Shown: positions 43,555-54,829 of the stretch, piece after piece
How the letters are laid out: the number at the start of each line of letters is the position of its first letter
How positions within the stretch are numbered: position 1 is the first letter of the stretch
Origin: Chlorokybus atmophyticus
Taxonomy: Eukaryota > Plantae > Mesostigma and Chlorokybus algae
Assembly: GCA_009103225.1 (NCBI GenBank)
Contig: RHPI01003124.1
Coordinates: 311,757 to 375,756 of the forward strand
Direction: 5' to 3'
Length of the DNA stretch: 64,000 bases
Notes under the pieces: model-generated
The model's database searches: none
Seen by the model: only the letters and a program-made list of their open reading frames with translations
What the model was told of the DNA's origin: nothing
Position numbers and translations under genes: made by a program

Positions 43555-46500
43555 TGCACGTGGCACCTCTGCAAACATGTGAAGGCTGAGCTCAGTGGCG
43601 CTGCCAACTATACTTTGTGGCGGGCCTACACGAGTGCGGTGTATTGGCAAGAAGACCTTGTGCAGGAACTTGCAGCTCTGGAAGTCAGCGGCCTCACACA
43701 TCGCAGCAGTGGCCCTGCTTCAACTTCAACATCCGCGCAGTTCAAGCACATGCGCGCTGCCCACGCCGTCGTGCGAGTGGAAGACAGCCCCCTCTAAACC
43801 ACAGTCACAGGTGCGGCAAGGAGGGGCACTTCATGCGGGTATGCCCGATGCCACGCGCTGATGCTAGTTGCAACCACTGCGGCATGGAGGGGCATCTCAA
43901 ATATGTTTGCTACACGTTGCATTTCAAATGCAACGTGTAGCAAACAAATGTGAGAGCTGAGGGAGGCTCTGAAGGCAAAAAACCTCTTTTGTCGGCACTG
44001 ACGCCGAACACAAAAACATCAACATCAACACCAACAACCAAAAACAAAAAAAAAAACAAAAAAAAAAGACAAAACAACAATGACAAGTGGAAGGGTAAGG
44101 GCAAAGCCAGCCCTCTCAACGGCAAAAAGGCTGGAGGCAAAGCAGCAGCCAAGGTTGCTGCCTTTGACAAGGTCAATCCTGACCTACACAGCGAACGAGA
44201 CAGCCTCTTGGCAGAAATTGAGGACCTCTGCAGTGGGAGGGACGAGCTTGAGGACCTCCTCAAATATGATCAGCTGGCAACTTGCCGAGCAGGGCCCGCT
44301 CAGCCACCCGACCATTGTTGGCTCCCATCTCAAGGAGATCCTTGCCCTTCACGCGTTCTGTTGGGGCAGCTCGTTGCTCACTCCCTCGTTCGCCACACAG
44401 CCGCTCCCCTTCCCCACCATCACGACGCATGCGGATGGGGTCACCGTCAGCCGAGGCCGCCACCGCCGCCACCGCCGCCATAGCTGCCGCAACGGGCGCC
44501 GGCACTACCGCTACCTAGCCCGACACCGCCACTGCTGATGCTGGTGTCACCAAGCTAGCAGCAGCACCAACCGCAGCAGCCATCAATGCTGCCGCTGCAC
44601 CAAGCTGCTGCACATGGCGGTCCACCGCCATTAGCCCAGAACCAACCAATTGGGGGTAATTGCAATTACCCCGCATCGGTCACCTACCCTTCACCTACAT
44701 CAGCAGCCCCAGCGGAAGAATGGGCCGCACTGCTTCTGAACTCGGCGCAGACAAGACCACCACCACTACCAAGATACTCTGTTTTAGTGACCAGCGTAGA
44801 GGGGCATGCGCAACAATGGGGCGAACTTCAAACAACCTGGCGGAGTTGATCTACATCAATCCAAGGCCTTCGTTCTGAGACCTGCCCCGTAATGAGGAGG
44901 CTCTAACTGAGTGGGTGATTGAGTTTGCGACTTAACTGGCCTAGGCTTATCATCCCACCACACTTGGGCCTTTTTACAACCATCACCTGAAGGAGCTCAT
45001 CACCAAACAGATACGTGAGTGTCATGCGAGGGACCCTCGATACCGAATGACCTCGGCTGATTCTCCTTGTCAGTGCACACGCATTGGTTAGAAGCATATA
45101 TCAACCGCAGTAGTCGATCCCGAGAAACTGCATCAGTGGCACAACGTGGCCGACGGAGGAAGGTCAAGCGCCGCCGATATGACGGACTGACCAGAGCAGA
45201 AGCGCGCGGACATTATGGCGGGAAACTCGGCACGCAGCTGAACAGGCGCAAGGAAGAGCGAGAGGCTTCGGAGAAGTACGGCCGTGGCGTTACAGATCCT
45301 TAGCCCAATTGTTGCTAGTGTACTATTGGTGCGGCAGTCGAACTGCCAGTTGCTAGCTCGGACATATATATACTATGTATATATACTATGTGCAAATGTA
45401 TTATTCCTTAGTGAGACAGCAAGTGTTTAAGTGAAACCGGAGTAACCCAGCTATTTTGCCATATCGTGAGTCAGATCCTTTCTGTGCTTGCGTATGCATG
45501 CTGGCTTCGCTTGAGTGTATTCACGCACATGCGCATCAATTTACTATGTACTTGTCCTTGACTGCTTGCACTGTCTTGACTGTCTTGCACTGTCTCGCTA
45601 GCTTGCGCATGTGGCCCGACAGGTTGCATGAGCCACGCAAACAACTAGGCGCTCTAGCCATTACATGGCTTATAGCCCTTACCTTGCGGTATGAACGGCA
45701 TCACCCAGCACCCTCGGCCCCACCGCGACCAGTGCACGACTATACCCTGCCGGACTTCGACCCATACACTAGAGATGAGCTTCAAGAGCAAGCACGTGCA
45801 GTAGCGCAGGACTCCGGGTACATGGAGTTCAGCATGCTCCCTTTTGCCCCGCAGCAACTCGTACCCCTGAGGTACCCACACCAGCCCGGCTGGTGTGGGT
45901 ACGTCCGGCGGTGCATTGGCACTTCACAAACTTTGGTGACGCACCCGTCACTCTGCAAGAGCTGCAGCTGTACACACAGCACACTGCATCATTATAAAGA
46001 GCATGCGATGCTATCAGTGCTACACCTTGCGACCCTAAGCATTACATGCGCGAGTGCAATCGGTTGCGCACCGCGCTACAGCTCATCCCGCTCGGTGAGC
46101 TGCGAGGAGGCATGATCGGAATGCGTGACACCCTGGACATGCCTGCGGAGCGCTTCGACGGTGAAACCCAATGGATCAAGGCTATGGACGAGAACACGGC
46201 CTCCACCATGGAAGATGTGAGAACCAGCTCACCGCGTCGTCCATACTATGGACGCCGGCCTCTCCGCATGCCCCACGCCTTGGTTAGTACGGCACGCGAT
46301 TGTCAGACCAACATGCGCTTCTTGAACCTACAACAGGCAGGTTTTAGAACCCCGCCACGCTGCAAGAGGAGGATTTGCATGAGGCACTGGTAATTGCGAA
46401 CCATGACGCGCTGCTCAGACGCATGCAGGCATTTCAAACTTCTTTACGTTTCTCTCACCTACACACTGCCAACGACATCCCAACATAGCTGTCACAGCAG

Positions 46501-48119
46501 GGAGAGCACATGCGGCGTGAGCTGTACCTTCTGCGCACTCGTCAATTGCTGCTGGGCACTGACAGTGAGCGCTCCCTCGCTGAGATTAGTTAAATGGCAC
46601 GGTTGCACAAAACCCTCCTCGTCCGTGCTGAGGGGGGGTATGTAGATGCAGTTGTTCAGCACAGGACGCGTCAAGTTATCGAATTTGCTAAGGATCCTCA
46701 GCCGACCTCGATGACTTGTTGGCGCAAGCCATCATCGACCATCGAAGGACTTCCCGTGACCATCGTCAGGCCGATGGGCTTGCTGAGAGAATGGTACAGG
46801 TGGTGAAGAAGGGGCTTCGCAAGTACTGTCTCAACCACAACAAGAGAGACTGGGACTTGGCGTTGCCATGGCTGGCGATGGGCTATCATATGACGCGGCA
46901 GGCTGCGTTGAGCTCATACAGCCCCTACTTTTTGTTGTATGGGAGGGAGCCCATATTGCCAACATCAATCCGGAAACAGGTTGAGCAGGAGCTTGACTTG
47001 AAGGATCCCAATGTGTGGGAGAAGGAAATGGCGAAGCGTGAGGAGCTATTCCCGCGTGATGCCCATCGCACTTGGCAACTTGCAAGTGGCGCAACACCGC
47101 GACACGTTGCGCTATGCCAAAGTGAGGAGTGGCTTTTATAAGTCAAGACTGTAGAGGTTTCAGCCAGGTGACTTTGTCTACCTGCATAGAAAGACTAAGG
47201 ACACGCTGTATACGAGTGCGAGTCGCACCATCCTTCGTGTGAAGAAGCTCCTCAACAACGGTGTGTTGTTGTTGGAGGGAGCTGATGCAAGAACCACCAA
47301 GGAGCACATTAAGAGCTGCACTCCTTGTCATCTGCCAAACGTGGATGACAGTGTGGATCCGGCTCTGGCAATACCAAATGTGGGCCACCGTTGTGAGCAG
47401 TGTGGTCGAGCATAGGGCTGGGACACCATGCTACCATGCGACGCATGTGTTGCCGGTTGGCATGGAGTGCCTTCGTCCACCACTTGAGAAGATCCCTAAT
47501 GGAGCATGGTACTGTCCGGTGTGTACGAGGACTACGCGATGAGCGTGTGAGTCAGCTGAAGGCGCACGAGGGCGTTGGCGCTAAGCTGCAGGGGGTGGTG
47601 ACACGCATCTTTCATGTGTGTGTTTACCATGTGATGAAGGACAGTGCATAAGACAGCATGACATGGTCTCATGCTGTACAACAGTATGCAGACATGCATG
47701 ATAAAATGGCTTACGACGAGTTCGAGCCACGATGAGGGAAGGCACAACAGACCTGTTGGCACAGGCGATAAGGAGCGGACTTGTAGCGCAGCAACCAACA
47801 GCAACAGCAGCGCAGCGTGAGAGGGCGGGCGTGGGTGCTGTGCTGTGTTATGCACTGACAATGAGGCCGCCATGGCGGCTGGAGTGCAGCGTGTACTATC
47901 ACATGCATAACTTATAACATGTCTACGCTGCTCGCATATAGAAGCGTGCATCACAAGACTACTAGCACTGTGGTAACATTAGCCTAGCGCAACCGCTTGA
48001 TCGCAAGCGTATCGCTGAAACGGCTTCACCGCTACACTTGTTGTCCTGTCGGCTATGTTGCGTCACGCAAAACTGGCAAGTTGCATCATCACGAGGAAAT
48101 GTTGCTTGAGGTTATCACA
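43555..48119 (+). mobile_element. Internally deleted Ty3/Gypsy-like LTR retrotransposon: gag-like CCHC knuckles, unknown ORFs, integrase C-terminal half with PHD finger, putative 3' LTR
   Basis: HRCGKEGHFMRVC and CNHCGMEGHLKYVC (~43800-43915); ADGLAERMVQVVKKGLRKY...WDLALPW...SPYFLLYGREP (46760-46965); CEQC...CDAC...WH(M)ECL...GAWYCPVC (~47390-47525); purine-rich tract 47590-47598 followed by TG...CA 47599-48119. No RT, RNase H or 5' LTR found. Confidence 0.75.
47599..48119 (+). repeat. Putative 3' LTR
   Basis: Starts TGACAC right after AGGGGGTGG and ends ...TATCACA; no second copy in the window to confirm the boundaries. Confidence 0.45.
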
Positions 48120-48699
48120 TGACAGTTGCAGTCGAATAATGTCGCGTCGCAGCAAGAAGGTGCTGGTAGGCATCACACCTGCAAATATGTGATAATATAC
48201 ATACCATTGTGCAGCAACTATACATATGTCACTCACCTTCTACACAATCCATATTGCAGGTGAGATACCTATCACATTTATTGGCGCATGTCGTCATGTG
48301 TGCCCATGTGGTGGCTGTTGTGCAATCGTTGGCACTGGTATATGCATAGGACACGCACACACGTGCGCACGTGCACACATATACTGCCTTGATGACCGCC
48401 GCTGTCATTGAAGGTCTGCAAGCACCACAAATCTGGGTATGAAGTGTTTCCATGCATGACAATGTACTTCACTTACTACTAGTCAACAATGGCTACACAA
48501 CTGTAGATGCCTCATGTAAGTCACTTCGTTTGCGCTGATCAGCAAATATACTTAGTGTACGTATGCCACCTGTCTAGAGATAACAACAGCCTGTGAGCGG
48601 CTCGGATAAATACTACTGTCTTGCCAGGTAATACCAAGTCCTTGTGCGATTGCAGATAGCACGCAACCACATGATCGTATAACAAGGTTTGCGGGAATA

Positions 48700-49062
48700 C
48701 TCTGTCTTTGACTTAAGCTGCGACGCATGGCAGGCCTGCAGCAAAGCAACGATGGTTAGCAACCGCAACAACAACATCAACACACTCAATGCAGGAACAA
48801 CGTACTGGTCGACAGCGAGAAGAACACAGGCGCATAGCGATTGAGCCTGCGGTCAAACTCGATGTACGAGATGATCTGCTTGCCAACATCGTCAAACAAG
48901 AGGTTGTTGCCGAGAGGGTTGAACAGAAACACTTTGGGACCCGCAGGCACTGCGCCGAACACAAAATAGCGCATAAGAGCTCTGTTGGTTCGTTGCCGTA
49001 ACAAGACCTACACACGAGTCAAGGAGGGAGCCCAACTAGACATGCCTCCGCACGCGCGCGCG

Positions 49063-49100
<38 letters not shown>

Positions 49101-51154
49101 AGAGTTGTACCTTTGGCAAGCTTGGCGATGTTGAACCTTTTACACTGTGTTGGCGCAAACCACTCTTCCATTGGGGCAGACTGGTCCAACTTGCACTCGG
49201 TCAGCTGCACCTGCCATGCCTTATCGTCATCATAAAGCGGAGCGGAGTACGAGTAGAACAGTACGCCTGTCGTCGTTGCATACGGGTGGTGGATTACGCG
49301 CACTGCAAAGGGGACATATGAGTTAGTAAAGCGAGTAGCATTGTTAGACTGCAGTTGGCAGCAGGCGAGCTTGGTTGTGAGGTATTCGTGCGCCATATAC
49401 GTAACTGAGCAGGTCACGAGCCAGCTGGCTTGTACCTCGTCAATGCTGGTATAACACGTACAGCTGCAGCTATATGGAACAGGCAGTGTAGACATTTAGG
49501 TTGTGCCTTGTCTACATAAAGTCTCTTGATATCACTGTATGCGGCTGTGCATTCACATGCATGCGAGCGCGACTTACTCAAGCTCCGGAACTTGTTGAGG
49601 GCGGGCCTGAGTGCCGCGAGGAAGGGTGCGGGTGTGCGTGCGCAGGTGAAGTCCTCCCCTCCGCAGGTGATGATGTACGCCGCTCTGCGCGGCTTGTCGA
49701 CCGCGACGCGGTCGTCCACCACCCACACGACGCTGTCGCCATACACCGCCGGGCGCTCGTGCAATATCGTCGTGGCGCTGTTCGTTGCAGACCTCCAACT
49801 TGTTGTCCATGTGCCTGCGTAGAGCGCGTGTCAGCGTGGGTGTGCACGTGTAGGTGCGCGTGCATGTTTGTGCGCATGCGTGAGTGTGCACACAGCAAGA
49901 CTGGTCTTGAGCATCCACATGCAGAGTCTTGTGACACCAGACCACATGCAAGCATGGTTATGTGCACGCACGGACACACACAGGCAGGTGCGTATCCGCG
50001 GGTTGTTGTTGCTGTTGTGCAACTGGATTGCTTACCGGGCGCACGTACGGCCTTGCACTGCGGCTGCTGCAGTGTGGAGAAGTCGGCGTCGCAGCGGAAG
50101 AGAACAGGCACGGACTTGCGTTGTGCGCGGCCGTTGACAATGACATACTCCTCGCCGGTGCCGTAGACATAGTCGGCGGTTGGGGAAGAAGCGAGCGGCG
50201 ACCTGATAAAGAAGGAGGACTGTGTGCCATCGGCGTTGGTGCCGAGGAAGAACCCGCCCTGGAGTGTGGGCACGCAGTCTGCTTCTAGCTCGCCAGTGTC
50301 GGCGGACAGCGTGCACGCGAACTCGCCGTACCCATACGGATCCTTCTCCCCTTTCTTGGTGTAGTCCGCGGCCAGGTACAGCCGACCCTTGGCCAGTGAC
50401 GTGGCGCCGTTCAATTTCGGGGAGCTCACGATGCCAGGGTCTGTGCAACGACACGTGCACGCACGCACGCAGCATCAGGGGAGTCAAGGCCAACACACAC
50501 ACAGTTGGAAACGAAAAGATGTCAGTCATGAAGACTCACTTTTGGGTTCAAGGGCCTCGGCGATGTTGGCTGGGGGAGGGACGCTCTTGCAGTTGCTGAC
50601 ATCGGTGATGGGGCAGCGCACGAGTTGGAAGTATGTGCATGGCGGGTAGTCGCACGTGTCATCTCCCAAGTCCAACTCGACAGTGAGGAATACATAATCC
50701 CCGAGCGCCTGAAAGCCGAAGCCGTTGGTGATCGCGTGTCCATCAATGTTGGCGGGGCCGTGGTTGACGCAGTCGCTGCCGTCTGTATTGCATCCAAGAA
50801 TCCCAAACGTGCCGCTAAAGGTGTCACCAACCTTGGAGAACACTTTGCCGTTGGCGGTGAAGACGGGAGCTGAGCAGGTGTGACAACCGTGTTAGTGGGT
50901 GTACATGTGTGCGCACTTGCACTTGCATGCATGTGTGTGTATGAGAGAGGGAGAGAGTACTTATTGGGTCGTTGAATGCGAGGAAGTCTTGTGTTGAAAG
51001 GCGATTTTTGACAACGGTTGGGGGATTGCTGTCACTATTGCAACCTGTGGCGCATGACAGTCACACGGTGTTAGCGTCGGTCTGTCGAAGGCCTACACAG
51101 TGTGGCTATCATGGTGATCAGTTGTCAACCCTGCAGGTGTCAAGCACAAGGAAC

Positions 51155-51193
<39 letters not shown>

Positions 51194-51580
51194 GTGCACA
51201 ACATTGCATAAAAAGTCGGCCAACTGCGACACTGTGTTTGAAGCATGTGTGCACATGACAGCCTCAGAACCCCAGCAGCGTAGTCGGCACTGTGCCTGGC
51301 GCATTTGGTGTTGTCTTGCAGGAAGGAACGCACACGCGCACAGACAGAACCACACCTACACTGCTTTTCTGCACTCACAGAGAGCTACACCCGCGCTGCC
51401 CGTCCTCTGTTAACAGACGCATCAAAGCACATCCCCCCCCTCTCTTCTCTCTGTACGCCGTGCCTCACCAAACAAGCTAATGTCCAAGGGTGCGTCGGGG
51501 TCCCTGGCGCCCGCATCCGCTGAGCTCAACCACAGCGGCGACGACGCCAGCAACAACAGAAACACACCACAGCGCCTCAT
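48700..51580 (-). CDS. Secreted Cys-patterned beta-rich protein of unknown function
   Basis: Signal-like MRRCGVFLLLLASSPLWLSSADA; spliced exons with a recurring hydrophobic-strand-C-x(4-16)-C unit (FQLVRCPITDVSNC; EFACTLSADTGELEADC; VLFRCDADFSTLQQPQC; YIITCGGEDFTC; VQLTECKLD...TQC). 3' end uncertain. Confidence 0.65.
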
Positions 51581-53350
51581 ACTTTCCAGTAGGCACACCC
51601 ACCCCCAGCAACACCAGCAACACCAGCGACAACAACACAAACAACAGCAGCAGTGGAAGGCTGTAACAAGAGTGAGATGGAGGAGATTTCCTACCTCCTT
51701 CTTTAAGCAGTAAGCAGGGGCGTGTGAGGAAACGGGGCCGTGGATAAGGGCGGCAGCAAAGCGACAAAGCATGAGATGGTGCGGCCAAAGCCAAAAAGCA
51801 AACAACAACAAAAGCCTGAGATGCCGAGTTGTGTGTCGGCTGCTTGTCGCCATGCGCCAACGTGACGGCGGCAGGGGCGAACGCGGCTCCGACTTGTACG
51901 CAAAGCAAGAAAGACCGTACGGTACGTTGCCTAGAACATGCTGCGGGCCACCGGAGTCACTGTGGGAAGGGACAAGTGCAGCGCGCCGCTGCAGGTACAC
52001 TACTGACGTGTAGGCGCAAGATGACACACTTTGCTGGCGGACATCCGAAGGGTCATGTCTGCTTTGGCCGCAAATCACACATGAGTCATGACGCGAGTAG
52101 GGGCTCCCAATGCGCTTGCACGCCATTGTATGGACCCATTGTTACCCGATTGCAAGCTGCAATTGACGTGATAGGCCTACGACTCGTAGGCTACGAGCCG
52201 TTCCACTTCTCGTCGGCTTCGTTGAAGGTTACCTGCGGCTACAAGGTACTTACCTACTTCTGGCCAAGATGCGGCATTCCCCTACAATGAAACAAAGCCC
52301 CATGAACCAACATCAACACCACTTTTACTTGGCATGCACACAACGGGTATGAGTGCGATTTGCTTCAGGCAGTGTTTATCTGTACTTTTATACTAGTAGT
52401 ACAGCAGTCTCTCTCCGTTTTGCCCCATACATTACGCTTTAAATATAGAAGTGCAACTATTAATTACCATACAAACACCTCAGCCATACGTGACTGAAAT
52501 TAATATATATAAAGTCTTATTGATATCAGTTGAAAAAGATGAAATGAAAATCGACGTGTCTTACGTCATATGTGCATTATGGAACTGCGATAAAAGTGAT
52601 GAAATCTCGTGATTGCATGGTAGGCATATTGAAGATATTACGCATGTTCGACCTCAACCTCCTTATAATAAATATGTAATTGAAGAGCTTGTGATTAATT
52701 CACAACCACAGCGGCACATGATGGTAAGTGCAACTACCATCATAACAACAATTGCAAGTTTTTACATACACAAATTACACATGTGGCACTTTTGCATTTT
52801 TCACACGCATTTCATTTACATGCTGCTAGTACATATAATAGAATTGTGCACAATGCAATGTGAGGGTGCTCAATGCAATTAACTATTTTTATATTATAAA
52901 TGTCATCCACACATTTACGTACTACCTAATTGTGCAAATAACATTTAACAGACACATATGCGATACTTGTACTCTTGGAATAGCGTTGGTTTTCAACATG
53001 TGACATTCATTGAAGGCTTATTATAACATTTTACGTAAAATGCAGCAAGATAGTCTTGCTGATAACATTGATCAAACTGCTGTATACTTATATGGTGTTA
53101 TGCATTGCCAGCAAAGATGAGGCAAAAAATGCAGGCCTAAGGATGCATGCGCACGCCTCGAGTTGCCTGCAGATTTTGTGCAACACAGAGTCAGTGACTT
53201 ATACCAACATCATGTACCACGCACAGAGCAGTGCTCATACATGGATGCATGCAATGACGCACCAACATCATGCTCTGTTTATAAGTACACCAAGCAATGC
53301 GTTGGTCATTGAGTAGTGGATGTCCGAAACCTTTAAGTGTCGGATAATCA

Positions 53351-53376
53351 TTTTAGGGTTAGGGTTAGGGTTAGGG
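53351..53376 (+). repeat. Interstitial telomere-like repeat TT(TTAGGG)4
   Basis: ttttagggttagggttagggttaggg. Confidence 0.85.
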
Positions 53377-54829
53377 CTTCACAATGTCACACAACATAGC
53401 TGTTGCAACAGCCTGACTATTAACCGTAAATAATCAGCCCTAGAGTTGACCGTTTCATAGCCATGAATGCAATCCGTTTCTTTTGCTCCCCATCCTTGGC
53501 TTGCGTTTAGATCATTCCTGTGTAACCCTGAGATTTGCTTGCAATGGTGTTCGTGGGCAGGCCAAGCTTCGTGGGGAGCCCGTACCGCAGTGCGGATTCA
53601 AGCGATGTGACTGAAAAACACATGATTCCTCTATGCGATCACCGATGTCGCTTTGCCTGCCTCCACGTTTTTGAATGATAATTGTTGTTGCAACCATATG
53701 ATCTATACGACCTATTAAGTGCACATCACATATTGCGCATCCTGAGCCGTTTGATCAATGTCAATGTTTTACGGACTCGTTGAGAGACACACAAGCCAAC
53801 ACGAGGCCCAGCACGTGTGGGGCCCATGCAACAATTATGTCAGAAGACTTGTATAGGGTGAGTAGACTGGATCACCTACATTGTTACAATGACTTCTCAC
53901 TTACCTGCTGGTGAGGTAAAACACTTCTGCACAGGAACACAACTTATTGCACATTTTGCGATAAGCAACACCCCATAAGGAGTTGATGGGGAGAGCACCC
54001 TTCAACAGCTTCAGCCAGGCACCCCGCACACGAGTAGCTCCGCAAGGCCAGCAACTGATTGGTGGGATTGGTGGATAGGTAGTAGTCACGCTCTTATACT
54101 ATATGCTGCTCTCCGACCTGGTACATAGGAAATCCAAGACCAACAAGGTCTTGCTTCCTATGCGCTGACCTGTCAGCACGGGCTGACTTTGTTCACCCTC
54201 GGACACATTGACATATGTAGCACACTTGCTGCATGTGCGACAATGCGCATTGACAGTGACCAGTCCAGTCCTTACTGGTAGACAGTGCCTTGTGTAGCTG
54301 CTGGTTCCGTATATACTAAGTGCATCAGAACTAACTTCATGAGCACGTATGCCAGGTGCTACACACACTATGACTATACAAAATCCTCACTTAGTCCTTC
54401 TTACGTACCACATAAGTAAGGAAATGAGAGTGACTTAAGCTAGTCTTTTGGACGTGACCCCTAATCCTCCCCACTTGCATTGCAACTTTTATGTTGCAAA
54501 CTAATGGAACACAAGTCCCATGCGATGATTGCCAGCAAGGGTGGCCAGCCCTTTTGAATTACCGCACACTACGCATTAGACAAGTGCAAGTTACGGGAGT
54601 GACAACCAACTCTGATACTAAGTAACCAGTGCGCGCATGTTGGTATGGCACAGAAGACTGTTGCACATATTGCAACTGAGCACAAGCTCAAGAGCACAAG
54701 CTCCTTCAAGTGGCACCTGTGGATTTGAGCTCACTCTCAAACTCTTTCAACTTAGCAGTACAATTTGCCAAGTCAGAGATTGGCGCTCATAGATTATATT
54801 CTTCACCAAATACTCGGATCGAAAGCCCT

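Noticed and set aside
53900-54370. Cys-containing minus-strand ORF pieces (HCRTCSKC; CWPCG)
   Set aside because: Short, interrupted by a stop, with no recognisable domain or splice model.
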